Source: an uncultured Gammaproteobacteria bacterium
Lineage (GTDB): Bacteria; Cyanobacteriota; Vampirovibrionia; LMEP-6097
Length of the DNA stretch: 34,863 nt
Direction: 5' to 3'
Assembly: GCA_964597205.1 (NCBI GenBank)
Contig: CAZQXM010000005.1
Coordinates: 1 to 34,863, forward strand
A program made the position numbers and the translations under genes. A model generated the notes under the pieces. That model was given only the letters and a program-made list of their open reading frames with translations. It was not told the origin of the DNA and did no database searches. This document shows, piece by piece, positions 1-9,800 of this stretch (the stretch's first letter is position 1; every line of letters starts with the position of its first letter).

Positions 1-2
1 TT

Positions 3-509
3 AATAAATTTCGTCATCTAGTTGGAATCGGCGTGCGTCATATTACTGTTTCTACCAGTGGTGTGGTGCCAGCGATGCTGAAACTTGCTGAAGAAGGAAT
101 GCAAGTAAATCTTGCTTTGAGTCTGCACGATCCTGATGATGCCGATAGAGATTACTTAGTACCGATTAACAAGAAGTGGCCGGTTAAAGAAGTGATCGCT
201 GCTTTGCAGAATTACGTCGATAAAACTAATCGCCGTGTGACTATAGAATATGCGATGCTGCGTGATCGTAACGATTCGCAAGCTAAAGCAGAATCGCTAG
301 GTAAACTAGTACAACACTTACATTGCAATATCAATTTAATTCCTTACAACACCACTGATGTGACCGATCCATTCCAAAGATCATCAGACACGACTATTAG
401 GGCTTTCGCTCAGACCTTAGAGACAGCAAGTCGTAATAAAACTGTAACTACACGCAGAGAACGAGGACATGATATCGACGCAGCCTGCGGACAGTTGGCA
501 AATAAGTGA
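3..509 (+). CDS. rlmN: Dual-specificity RNA methyltransferase RlmN, C-terminal part (5' truncated by window)
   Basis: Motifs RHITVSTSG, LALSLH, TIEY, NLIPYN and RGHDIDAACGQL (catalytic Cys). The frame is open from the window edge. Confidence 0.95.
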   Translation, partial: NKFRHLVGIGVRHITVSTSGVVPAMLKLAEEGMQVNLALSLHDPDDADRDYLVPINKKWPVKEVIAALQNYVDKTNRRVTIEYAMLRDRNDSQAKAESLGKLVQHLHCNINLIPYNTTDVTDPFQRSSDTTIRAFAQTLETASRNKTVTTRRERGHDIDAACGQLANK

Positions 510-517
510 CGCGTAGC

Positions 518-588
518 GTCATCCTGAGCACAGCGAAGGATCTCTAGATAGCGCACGGTGATCCTTCGCACTTCGTGCTCAGGATGAC
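518..588. repeat. Palindromic repeat family A, full copy (two inverted arms)
   Basis: Arm GTCATCCTGAGCACAGCGAAGGATC (518-542) and inverted arm GATCCTTCGCACTTCGTGCTCAGGATGAC (560-588). Related copies at 10369, 23941-24002 and 24429. Confidence 0.9.
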
Positions 589-613
589 AAGTACTACATA
601 TATAATATTGATT

Positions 614-2770
614 GTGGCGAAACTACGAATCCCTGATATCAAATTACCAGGACTAAAATCAGGCAATTTCAAATCTTCAAAATTACGCATAGTGTACGCG
701 GCAGTTGCTGCTCTCGCGGTTGCCTTCGCTGTATATTTTTATACTGATATTTCTAGCAGTGGACCAAGAGTAAGTGATGCTGAATTTAAAGCACTTGAAG
801 CCAAAATTCGCACAGCTTATACTCTAGCTAAAACTGACGCTAAATTAGGTACAAGTCAATTAGATAGTTTTAGTGGCTTGCCAACTAAACTTGAGAATAG
901 ACGTAATGTCTTGCTCGCTGCCATCTATGAAAAAATGGGTGAAGAAGCTTTAGCCTTCCATTATTACTACCTTATAGATAGAGATTATTTGCCGCGTTTC
1001 GCTAGTTACAAGCTCGCTAAGATGGCAGAGCGCATCGGGCTTGAACGCCTGGCGACAGAAATCTACGAAAATCTAGCGCAGAAATTCTCTAAGGACCCGC
1101 GTTATAGCTACGAACTGGCTAAATCATATTTACGCCAAAACGCAGTCGAAAAGGCGCGCGACAAGTTTATGGCAGTGCAGGCTAGTGCTCCCGAGTCTGA
1201 TTTTGCTATTGGTTCTAATTACTATTTAGCGAATCTTTGTGGTGCTGATGATAGAGAATGCAAGATAGCTTATCTGCGTAACTACTTAGTTAAAAGTCCT
1301 ATGGGAAATTTAGCTAGTTTAGTCGCCGATGAAGTTGCGGGCATGACTGATGCCGAGCGTAAACAATTTGCAGACTTGCATAAAGAACTGGGGCTAAGTT
1401 ATTACAGTCATGGTGATTACAGTAAAGCCCTAAGTTATTTCAACGCCAATGGCTCACCATTACTAGAACACGCTACCGCTCTTGCTAAGGCTGGCAAAAG
1501 ACAAGAAGCACTAGCGCTACTTTATAGACGTATACCAGGCGAGGCTAATGATGAAGTTGCTAAGAATGCTATTGAGTATCTCTTAGGTCTCAGTTCAGAA
1601 ACAGCAAGCATAAATCAGCTGCGTACTCTTGCCCCACGCATGCAGAAACATCGCGATAAAGTCTTGTGGCATATCGCTGAACTCTCCAAAATCAAAGAGG
1701 ATTATCAAGCTATTTACGAGGGCTATCCTGATAGTTTCTACGCTCCAGAGAGCATGGCGACTGTGTTCTGGAAAGAGTATAAGCGCGGAGCTAATCATAA
1801 TGCTCTGGCTATAGCTAAGCAACATTGGGAAAGATATCCAGAGTCTAAATCTCATGCTTTCGTCGCGTTTTGGGCAGCTAAACTCTGGCAGCAGCAGGGT
1901 GATAACAATATGGCGAATGCTACTTTGCAAAATATCATTGAAGAACACCCGCTTGATTACTATCGTTTCAGGGCTGAGCAAGTTCTTGCTAAGAAGAATA
2001 AATGGTATCTACTACCGGGAGTTAACGAGTTTAGCTCTTACCCTAATTGGCGTTGGCCAGATATAGCTACTGAAGATGAGTTGCAAGAACGTTACGGTAA
2101 TGAAGTTGCTGAATTAATTGCGATTGAACAATATAGTGCTTTATTAGATTCTGACGGTGAAGCTAATCAATACAAGCTCGATGAGAATCTCAAGATGTGG
2201 TTATATGCTCAGGCTGGCGACACTTATTCAGCTATCAAAACCGGACATATGGCGGTAGAACATATGAAGGGTAATATCGATGTTAGCGATAAGAGGTTAT
2301 TCTTCGCTTACCCACTACCATACGCAGATTTAATCGCTGATGAAGCTGGTAAGCGTCGCTTAGTAGATCCAATGCTGGCACAAGCTTTGATCAAACAAGA
2401 GTCTCACTATAGACCTGACATCAACAGTAAAGCTGGAGCAGTAGGTTTAATGCAAGTGATGCCGTTTACAGCGCGTGATCTAGCACGCAGATTAAGTATC
2501 AGTTCACCAGATATTAATGCACTTAAAGACCCGGCAATTAATATCAAGCTTGGTATTAGATATATGGAGGATGTGTTCGAGAGATTTTCTAACAATATGG
2601 TTTGCGCCGTCGCTTCATACAATGCTGGACCAACAGCCGTAGCTCAATGGATGAATAAAGGTGCTACTGATATGGATTTATTTATCGAAGATATTCCATA
2701 CAGCGAAACTCGCAATTACGTCAAAAAGGTTCTAGCCAACTATTGGACCTACAAAAAACTATATGCTTGA
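614..2770 (+). CDS. slt: TPR-containing soluble lytic transglycosylase (Slt70-like) with N-terminal membrane anchor
   Basis: SLT motifs IKQES, AGAVGLMQVMP, ASYNAGP and ETRNYVKKV, with a helical TPR-like body. Start moved to GTG 614 because the ORF-track start (575) lies inside the repeat and TATAAT sits at 601-606. Confidence 0.9.
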   Translation: MAKLRIPDIKLPGLKSGNFKSSKLRIVYAAVAALAVAFAVYFYTDISSSGPRVSDAEFKALEAKIRTAYTLAKTDAKLGTSQLDSFSGLPTKLENRRNVLLAAIYEKMGEEALAFHYYYLIDRDYLPRFASYKLAKMAERIGLERLATEIYENLAQKFSKDPRYSYELAKSYLRQNAVEKARDKFMAVQASAPESDFAIGSNYYLANLCGADDRECKIAYLRNYLVKSPMGNLASLVADEVAGMTDAERKQFADLHKELGLSYYSHGDYSKALSYFNANGSPLLEHATALAKAGKRQEALALLYRRIPGEANDEVAKNAIEYLLGLSSETASINQLRTLAPRMQKHRDKVLWHIAELSKIKEDYQAIYEGYPDSFYAPESMATVFWKEYKRGANHNALAIAKQHWERYPESKSHAFVAFWAAKLWQQQGDNNMANATLQNIIEEHPLDYYRFRAEQVLAKKNKWYLLPGVNEFSSYPNWRWPDIATEDELQERYGNEVAELIAIEQYSALLDSDGEANQYKLDENLKMWLYAQAGDTYSAIKTGHMAVEHMKGNIDVSDKRLFFAYPLPYADLIADEAGKRRLVDPMLAQALIKQESHYRPDINSKAGAVGLMQVMPFTARDLARRLSISSPDINALKDPAINIKLGIRYMEDVFERFSNNMVCAVASYNAGPTAVAQWMNKGATDMDLFIEDIPYSETRNYVKKVLANYWTYKKLYA

Positions 2771-4337
2771 TCGCAGACGTTTTCTTAAATTATTAGGAAT
2801 CGGCTCTATGGGTCTTGGTTTAAGTTCTTGTAATCTAAAGCCTTTGCCGCCTTTAATAAAACCTAATCCAGAACTAGGTTTTGAGCCCATAGCTGCAAGC
2901 TTAAGAGACGAGGTGGTTTTGCCGCGTGGATTTAGTTATCGTATAGTACGCAGCTGGCAAGATAGCATTGGCACCGATAAAAAATTTGGGTTCAATAACG
3001 ACTTCACTTGTTTTTTCCCTTTAGAAAAATCTGATGAGGCCTTATTATGGGTGAACCACGAATCAGTAGATCCTAAATATATTCCAGATATAGAAGAACA
3101 GCGCCGTAGTGTTGGTGGATCTATTATTAAAATTAAACGTAATGCTGATGGCGAGTGGATTTATGATCATAGCGACGAAACTAGTTATAATCGCCGCATC
3201 GATGCTAATAGTCCTGTTGAATTCACAGGTCCTCTTCGCTTCCGTGAAGAAGTTAAAGGCACGCTAGCGAATTGTAGCGGTGGACGCACGCCATGGGGTA
3301 CTGTACTCACTTGCGAAGAGAATTTTCATGACTTCAACGAAAAGTATAAATGGAAGAATTTTAAACGCAAACACTATGGCTGGGTAACTGAGATTAACCC
3401 TTACAATCCTAAATTCACCCCACGCAAACATAGTCTATTAGGGCGTTTTGCTCACGAGAATGCCGCTATCACCATCTCACGCAACGATAAGGTTGTGATT
3501 TATATGGGTGATGATAAAGAGAATGAACATATTTATAAATTCGTTTCTGCACGTAGCTTCACTAAACCACATAGCAAAATTAAGCTGCACGAGTACAGCG
3601 ATATAGTTGATGGCTTTAGCAACTTACTCTCTGAAGGTCAGCTTTATGTAGCTAGATTCTATGATGCCTCTAATGGAGAAACTATTAGCCCAAGCTTAGA
3701 TCCTAGCGAGCAAGGTGTCGGCGAATGGCTGCCCATCAGTCGCGAAGATAAACGTATCGCGCGCCGCTATCGCAATGATTCCGAGATGTTAATTCATACT
3801 CGCGAATCAGCTAAACTCATAGATGCTAGTGCGCTAGATAGACCAGAAGATCTAGAAGTCAGTCCTCATGATGGTTCCATCTATGTCTCGCTCACTAAAA
3901 ATCTTAGTCGCGCTAATACTTTTGGTTCGATAGTTCGCTTGCTAGAAGATGGTAATAACCATGAGGCTCTAAAATTTACTTATAATAATTTTGTAGTTGG
4001 CTCTATTGATTCAGGTTTTGCTTGTCCGGATAATTTAGCTTTCGATGGGCTTGGTAATCTTTGGGTGACCACAGACGCGTCTCCAGAATTTATGCTGCCG
4101 CATCAACGTCAGCTCTATGGTAATAATGGTCTTTATGTTATTGCACTAAGTGGTGAACAAGCTGGAATTCCTAGGCGCTTCGCATCAGCACCAATAGGTG
4201 CTGAACTTACTGGACCATGGTTTAGTGATGATGGACGGACACTGTTCTTATCGGTGCAGCACCCTAGTGGAACCTGGCCGCGATCCAAAGAGCATAAGTA
4301 TCCGAGACCTTCAGTGATAAGTATCAAGCTTAGATAA
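2763..4337 (+). CDS. phoX: PhoX-family alkaline phosphatase (DUF839), Tat-exported lipoprotein
   Basis: RRRFLK twin-arginine signal and LSSC lipobox. Motifs WVNHE, NCSGGRTPWGTVLTCEEN, GRFAHE, DRPED, CPDN, AELTGP and SVQHP. Confidence 0.92.
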   Translation: MLDRRRFLKLLGIGSMGLGLSSCNLKPLPPLIKPNPELGFEPIAASLRDEVVLPRGFSYRIVRSWQDSIGTDKKFGFNNDFTCFFPLEKSDEALLWVNHESVDPKYIPDIEEQRRSVGGSIIKIKRNADGEWIYDHSDETSYNRRIDANSPVEFTGPLRFREEVKGTLANCSGGRTPWGTVLTCEENFHDFNEKYKWKNFKRKHYGWVTEINPYNPKFTPRKHSLLGRFAHENAAITISRNDKVVIYMGDDKENEHIYKFVSARSFTKPHSKIKLHEYSDIVDGFSNLLSEGQLYVARFYDASNGETISPSLDPSEQGVGEWLPISREDKRIARRYRNDSEMLIHTRESAKLIDASALDRPEDLEVSPHDGSIYVSLTKNLSRANTFGSIVRLLEDGNNHEALKFTYNNFVVGSIDSGFACPDNLAFDGLGNLWVTTDASPEFMLPHQRQLYGNNGLYVIALSGEQAGIPRRFASAPIGAELTGPWFSDDGRTLFLSVQHPSGTWPRSKEHKYPRPSVISIKLR

Positions 4338-4357
4338 GATGTGTTAAGATAAGTTCT

Positions 4358-5221
4358 GTGTATAACAGTGCGTTAGTTTCACAGGCCCGTACAGGGCAAC
4401 CACATAGTTTTGGTCTAGCCGTCGCTGCAGATGTTTCCGGACGAAGAATTGTCAGTTTTAGAAATGAACTTGCAGGCTCCCACACAGCTCTCTTAAGGAA
4501 TATTTGTAAACTACTAGGCGTTAAGAATTGTCTAACAGAAGAACAAGTTGAAGCTGTTAGTAAATTTGATGTGGGTCAGAAACGAAACTGGACAAAAGTA
4601 GTCAATGCTACATATTTAGAATTAAGCAAAGTTGAGAAAGAACTTACAAGCAACCCAACAAGAAGAACTCTTGCAGTTACTCGTGTTCAAGAAAGATTTA
4701 GAAAAGCAATTAAGCTTATATCAGGACGCTATAGTCATTGCTCCTCAGCACCAAAACTACTAGCAATACCTTTAATGCCTAAGAAGGTAAAAGCAATCAA
4801 AACAGGTAAAAAAGTCAAAGAAGATAAAGATGATATCGCCATGTGTGATGTGACCGCTACAGGAAGCACAGGATGGTTTTTCTTAGATCACTTAGTAAAA
4901 TACTTTCGGGATGATACTTTAGTTGATCATTTGCATAAAAGCCTAAAAGAACAAGTGAAAGTACCAAGATTTCTTATCGCATTATTGAAAAAATTCTTTT
5001 TTCAAGATGAGAAACCAAAATTTGTAAAACTAGAAGTCACTAGACTAGGTAGTAAAAAGTTAATTAACCAGTTTCTTAAAAAAGCAACAAATTACATAGA
5101 TATCTATAAAATACATCGTGGAAATAAAACAGCCAGAGAATATGCTATGTCTAAGCTTCACGATGAGCTAAGATCCAAGTTTCTTATCTTGAAACCAGCA
5201 AGATCTAAGCCAAAACTGTGA
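4358..5221 (+). CDS. Hypothetical Lys/Arg-rich basic protein
   Basis: 287-aa ORF filling the phoX-fliP gap. Extended -10 (TGtTAAGAT, 4342-4350) lies 7 nt before the GTG. No recognisable motif. Confidence 0.7.
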   Translation: MYNSALVSQARTGQPHSFGLAVAADVSGRRIVSFRNELAGSHTALLRNICKLLGVKNCLTEEQVEAVSKFDVGQKRNWTKVVNATYLELSKVEKELTSNPTRRTLAVTRVQERFRKAIKLISGRYSHCSSAPKLLAIPLMPKKVKAIKTGKKVKEDKDDIAMCDVTATGSTGWFFLDHLVKYFRDDTLVDHLHKSLKEQVKVPRFLIALLKKFFFQDEKPKFVKLEVTRLGSKKLINQFLKKATNYIDIYKIHRGNKTAREYAMSKLHDELRSKFLILKPARSKPKL

Positions 5222-5255
5222 ATAAAGCTATTAGCGTCTATATAAAACGCTAGCT

Positions 5256-5909
5256 ATGGAAGATCTTAGTAGACTACTTCCTGATTTAGAACCGAGCTTA
5301 CAGATTGTAGGCCTGCTTTTCCTTTTAAGTTTTATACCTATCATCGTAGTGTCGATGACACCTTTCTTACGTATCATCATGGTGATGTCATTAATCAGGC
5401 AAGCACTAGGTACTCAGAACTCGCCACCCAACATGGTTTTAATAGGTTTAGCTTTGGTGCTTACTACTTATGTCCTGGGACCAGAAGTCGATATTATTAA
5501 TAAAACTGCAATAGTACCGCTGGCTAATAATCAAATCGCTTTACCTGAAGCACTGTCCCGTACTTACGAACCTTTAAAGCAACATATGCTACGCAACGTT
5601 GATAGTAAAGATCTTAAGTTCTTTTATAAACTCAGCCGTGAGGAACTACCTAAAAAACCGGTTGATGTCAAGACTAGAGAGCTATCAGCTGCCTATTTAT
5701 TAGGTGAAATGCGCAAAGCTTTCCAGATTGGATTTTTAGTTTTCATTCCCTTCTTGGTGATTGACCTAATCGTTGCTAATATACTCTTAGCGCTGGGTAT
5801 GATAATGCTCTCGCCAACTATTGTGTCGTTGCCGTTTAAGATTATGATCTTCGTAGCGATTGATGGTTGGGATTTAATTATCAAGGGTCTTGCTCAGAGC
5901 TTTAATTAA
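5256..5909 (+). CDS. fliP: Type III export gate protein FliP/SctR
   Basis: TPFLRI, RQALGTQNSPPNMVL, AFQIGFLVFIPFLVIDL and LPFK..F...DGW. 217 aa with no N-terminal signal peptide. Confidence 0.93.
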   Translation: MEDLSRLLPDLEPSLQIVGLLFLLSFIPIIVVSMTPFLRIIMVMSLIRQALGTQNSPPNMVLIGLALVLTTYVLGPEVDIINKTAIVPLANNQIALPEALSRTYEPLKQHMLRNVDSKDLKFFYKLSREELPKKPVDVKTRELSAAYLLGEMRKAFQIGFLVFIPFLVIDLIVANILLALGMIMLSPTIVSLPFKIMIFVAIDGWDLIIKGLAQSFN

Positions 5910-5911
5910 AA

Positions 5912-6892
5912 ATGGATTGGATGCCTCAAGCAATTCGAGACGGTATTTTTACCGTGCTCTTTATTTCTGGACCTTTGGTCTTGCTTGCTGCTGCCTTGGG
6001 ATTAGTAATCGGTATTATTCAAGCAGCAACACAAGTGCAAGAACAGACATTGGGTTCTGCGGTAAAAATCCTTGGAGTATTTTTAGCGTTGATTATTTTT
6101 GGATTCTATATGTTCCAATACCTCAAACAGTACGCAACGCAAACTATTAATCGCGCCTTTAATTTAGTGCCCTCACTCTCTTCACACCCACTACCACCGA
6201 AAAAATTATTCAAACAACCAATCAAGAGTAGCGAAGAGACTGATCATCCGCTCTTCTCACCAGAAGAACTGGCTGAAACTGCACCAGCCTCTGGCGGCGG
6301 TCGCGGAGCTGGTGCCGATAATAAAGCTGCTGTTCTAGAAGAACCAGAAGTGGTAGAGGTAGTGCCGCCACCGAGTACAGACAAATTACCAGAGATTAAT
6401 TACCTCACCAGACCTCCAAGCGGTATTAAAGAAGCTATATTCCAAACCCTCACTCCAGAAAGCACAGAAGAAACTGAGCAAGAACCAGAACGCGAAGAGC
6501 CACCAGTTCAAGAAGCTACTACTAGACCAGCTGCGACACCAGTAAGCAGACCTGCCGCAACAAGACCAAGTCAAACTCAACAAGCTACAACAAGACCAGC
6601 TCAACAGCAAACTGCGCCAAAAGCAGCAGTTCAACAAACTCCTGTTACTAGACCAACTACCACTCAGCAAACTCGACCAGCTACAACAAGAGCAGCAGCA
6701 AGACCTGCAGCTAGGCCAGCTCCACGTCCGCAAGCGCCAGCACCGGTAGCAGTAGAACCAGTACCAGTAGCAAGAACCGAAGCTCCTACACGCAACGCTG
6801 ATCTAGAAGCTAGTCGTAATAGCCGCCGTGCAGCACTAGCACGTATTAAATCATCTATTAATGAAGTAGAAGGAGCAGCTGCGGCTGAGTAG
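5912..6892 (+). CDS. fliQ: Type III export gate protein FliQ/SctS with ~240-aa low-complexity C-terminal extension
   Basis: The first ~88 aa contain GLVIGIIQAATQVQEQTL. Lies between fliP and fliR. Confidence 0.88.
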   Translation: MDWMPQAIRDGIFTVLFISGPLVLLAAALGLVIGIIQAATQVQEQTLGSAVKILGVFLALIIFGFYMFQYLKQYATQTINRAFNLVPSLSSHPLPPKKLFKQPIKSSEETDHPLFSPEELAETAPASGGGRGAGADNKAAVLEEPEVVEVVPPPSTDKLPEINYLTRPPSGIKEAIFQTLTPESTEETEQEPEREEPPVQEATTRPAATPVSRPAATRPSQTQQATTRPAQQQTAPKAAVQQTPVTRPTTTQQTRPATTRAAARPAARPAPRPQAPAPVAVEPVPVARTEAPTRNADLEASRNSRRAALARIKSSINEVEGAAAAE

Positions 6893-6897
6893 TTAGC

Positions 6898-7680
6898 ATG
6901 GAACTACTTGCAGGATTTTTCAGACAATCAGCACTTAGTTCAGGTACCGAATGGGTAGCAGCAGCAAGCCTAGTTCTGGTAAGAGTTCTAGCCTTCTTAC
7001 ATGAAGCACCAGTATTTGGTCATAAAAATATTTCTACTTTAAGCCGTATTGGTTTTGGCATATTACTAACTATGATACTTATGGCTAGTATCGATATTCC
7101 TAAACCACCAAGCACTGGTTATTATTTACCTTGGGCGATTTTGATAAATGTAATTCTTGGATTATTAATTGGTTTCGTTGCTAAATTAATGTTCGAAACA
7201 ATAGTCGCTGGTGGGGAGATGATGGACTCATCAATGGGCTTCTCATCAGCACAAACTTTCGATCCGCACTCTGGATCACAAACTACCATCATGGGTAAAT
7301 TTATGTCAATGCTCTCGATTGTGGTTTTCTTTTGGGTGCGCGGACCAGAGAGACTAATCGAATCACTACACAAAAGTTTCGGCACAGTGGATATTTACGC
7401 ACCGACATTCACGGTTGATACCCTCAAAATCGTTCATTTAGTAGGTGATATCATCTCCATGGGATTCATCATAGTTAGCCCAATAGTCTTAACCATCATG
7501 GTGCTAGATATAGTGCTGGGCTTGATTTCTCGGGCTTCTCCGCAGATCAATGCCTTCCAGATCAGTTTTACTATTAAGCCTAGCGTTGGAGCTATCGTGT
7601 TCTTGCTGATTATGCCGTTATTCTTTATGGGACTAACTAATTTCTTCGGTAATGCCGGAAGATTAATAGGATTCAATTAG
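6898..7680 (+). CDS. fliR: Type III export gate protein FliR/SctT
   Basis: Hydrophobic 260-aa protein with R...F...APVFG, GEMMDSSMGFSSAQTFDP and GLISRASPQINAF. Confidence 0.92.
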   Translation: MELLAGFFRQSALSSGTEWVAAASLVLVRVLAFLHEAPVFGHKNISTLSRIGFGILLTMILMASIDIPKPPSTGYYLPWAILINVILGLLIGFVAKLMFETIVAGGEMMDSSMGFSSAQTFDPHSGSQTTIMGKFMSMLSIVVFFWVRGPERLIESLHKSFGTVDIYAPTFTVDTLKIVHLVGDIISMGFIIVSPIVLTIMVLDIVLGLISRASPQINAFQISFTIKPSVGAIVFLLIMPLFFMGLTNFFGNAGRLIGFN

Positions 7681-8582
7681 TGCCAACACTAATCACTAGG
7701 GCCAAATTAATATTGCTAGCAATACTGCTAGTACTTAGTTGCGCGCCATCTACAAAAGCTGAAGAAGAAAAAAAAGAAACCTTATTAGTGGTCGGTGTGG
7801 GCTACAACCAACTCAGTCCAGCAACCCGTCAAAGTATGGGACCAGTAAATGTTGTTGAAATCGAATTCACTCCTCAATGGCAGCGATACATTGATCAAAG
7901 TGATGCCGATAAAGTTATATTAAGACACCCTAGTGGTTACACAGCTCTCTATCATAAGGATGGGACCTTCTTGCGTGATTTAGGGACTAGTTCTGCTGCT
8001 TATGCCTATCCTTATACAGTACAAGGTACTAACACGCGACCTCCAGCTGAGGCTATAACTTCAACTCCAGACTGGCATCAAGTGGGTTACGCCACTGGTG
8101 GTCTAACTGATCCTTACAGACAATATGCTCCACCAGCATCTAAACGTAATTATCAATCACTATCACCAGGCTGGGGATATAATCGCGAGAAAGCAGCACC
8201 TAGTCGCAAAGATACTTTCTTTCAATTCCTGAGCTTCTTTCCAATAGATACAGTTACACCATTTAATTATCCTGGTACTTTTGACTCTGTCGGTGTGCCA
8301 ACTGCTTACGCACTGGGTTCTATACCGCATATCGGCGGCATGGCACTAGAGATGCGCGAAGCTAAAAAACAACGTGAACTCTATGATGCTAACGCAGCTG
8401 CTATTCCAGAACATGTAGAGTTCCCAGTACAGATGTACAACTCTCAAGACCCTAATAATCCTTTAACTCAGGATCCTAATTTTATTCGTATGTCACCAAT
8501 GCCGCAAGGGTTTGACATGAAGTATCCTAATTTTCAGCAGCAGGCAAATTACTATGCTCAATATGGCAGACCAAGTCCCTAA
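7680..8582 (+). CDS. Hypothetical exported protein, Pro/Gln/Tyr-rich, translationally coupled to fliR
   Basis: TAGTG stop/start overlap at 7680. Basic plus hydrophobic signal peptide ending VLSCAPSTKA. Confidence 0.75.
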   Translation: MPTLITRAKLILLAILLVLSCAPSTKAEEEKKETLLVVGVGYNQLSPATRQSMGPVNVVEIEFTPQWQRYIDQSDADKVILRHPSGYTALYHKDGTFLRDLGTSSAAYAYPYTVQGTNTRPPAEAITSTPDWHQVGYATGGLTDPYRQYAPPASKRNYQSLSPGWGYNREKAAPSRKDTFFQFLSFFPIDTVTPFNYPGTFDSVGVPTAYALGSIPHIGGMALEMREAKKQRELYDANAAAIPEHVEFPVQMYNSQDPNNPLTQDPNFIRMSPMPQGFDMKYPNFQQQANYYAQYGRPSP

Positions 8583-8617
8583 AGGGCTTCGGGGCTGTCC
8601 TATCTCTGCGTTCGCCC

Positions 8618-9010
8618 TTAAATATCCAAAGCTTGATTTGCAAGCTGATCCGCCCGCTTGTTTAGTTCACGCCTCACATGACTGTAAGTCACAGACTCTA
8701 ATTTAGCTATTAGTTGTTTAGCTTTAGCGTGCAAAGGTTTAATATTTTCATTTTTAACTTTATACTCACCCTTAAGCTGTTTAATCATCAATTCACTATC
8801 TGCTTTAATAGCTAACTGCTTAAAACCTTTTTTCACCGCATATTCAAGTCCATAGACCAGTGCAGAATATTCAGCAATATTATTCGTAGCTATGCCAATA
8901 GCTTCTGAGATACTAGCTATCTCTTCATTATTAGCATCGTAAAAAACCACACCTAACGCTGACTCGCCAGGGTTACCGCGGCAAGCACCATCAGTGAACA
9001 TTGTAATCAC
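8618..9010 (-). CDS. rnhA: Ribonuclease HI family protein
   Basis: TDGACRGNPG, TNNIAEY, DSEL and RELNKRADQLAN. Confidence 0.92.
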   Translation of the reverse strand: MITMFTDGACRGNPGESALGVVFYDANNEEIASISEAIGIATNNIAEYSALVYGLEYAVKKGFKQLAIKADSELMIKQLKGEYKVKNENIKPLHAKAKQLIAKLESVTYSHVRRELNKRADQLANQALDI

Positions 9011-9780
9011 TTAGACTTAGCCTTTTTCCCACCGAGCTTAGTAACGTTCAATTCAGCAAGCGAGCCCAGAACCTCATCAGCAACGACTTTGAGCATACCG
9101 ATGTTTTCTTTACTAACTACACCAGTGAGCACACCAATAGTATACGCGCCAGCAGCTTTAGCAATACTAAGATCATGCGGTGAATCGGAAACCATAATAG
9201 TCTCACTCGGCTCTACTTTAAGTTTCTTGCAAAGCTCTATATAAAGTTCTGAAGTTTTATAATAATCACCTTGCAAAGCTGAGATAGAGGATTTGATTTT
9301 AAATTTCTCAAGACAAGTATTAATATTAGGCGCAGAATCTGAACTGAAAACTCCAAGCTTAAGACCAGAATCAGCAAGTTCTTTAATTTTCTCAATAGAG
9401 CCTTTGATCGGTTCTACCATCTCAGCAAAATCTAACTGCGCTGCGGTATCAGCGAAACACTGCTCAACAGTGTCAGAAGCCTGTTTAAAAAGATAACTAG
9501 GATCCCAAGTATTCACCGTCAAATAAGTAGCTACTTTCAAAGCGAGCTTGACGTCAGAAGCTGGCATAGAACAAGGTGCGTAAGCATCTATAGTCTCTTC
9601 CTCCTCGTCAACACCCATGGCTCTAATACAAGTGGTGCGTAATTGATTAAAACGATCCCAGGTGCCAGTAGCAGTCTCAGCGATAAGCTGAGCACGGTAA
9701 GCAATTACTCGCAGCCATAACTTGTGGAAGTCAACGAAAACTCCATCTTTATCTAGTATTACTGCTTTTATGTTCGTCAT
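9007..9780 (-). CDS. HAD-superfamily hydrolase (phosphoglycolate phosphatase-like)
   Basis: Motif I DKDG, motif II FSSD, motif IV MVSDSPHDL..A..AG, and IGVLTG. Confidence 0.85.
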   Translation of the reverse strand: MTNIKAVILDKDGVFVDFHKLWLRVIAYRAQLIAETATGTWDRFNQLRTTCIRAMGVDEEEETIDAYAPCSMPASDVKLALKVATYLTVNTWDPSYLFKQASDTVEQCFADTAAQLDFAEMVEPIKGSIEKIKELADSGLKLGVFSSDSAPNINTCLEKFKIKSSISALQGDYYKTSELYIELCKKLKVEPSETIMVSDSPHDLSIAKAAGAYTIGVLTGVVSKENIGMLKVVADEVLGSLAELNVTKLGGKKAKSK

Positions 9781-9800
9781 CTATTATATTTTACATTGAA

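Noticed and set aside
575-613. ORF-track N-terminus of slt (MLRMTSTTYIILI)
   Set aside because: It starts inside the right arm of repeat A and spans the -10 box. GTG 614 fits better.
5222-5255. Sigma-28 promoter upstream of fliP
   Set aside because: No TAAA-N15-GCCGATAA match, only a weak 6-bp stem and TATAAA.
6386-6733. Ser/Cys/Trp-rich minus-strand ORF
   Set aside because: Antisense of the low-complexity FliQ tail; its composition is explained by the sense codons.
8582-8619. AAGGGC...GCCCTT between convergent genes as a terminator
   Set aside because: Short stem with a long loop and no U-tract.
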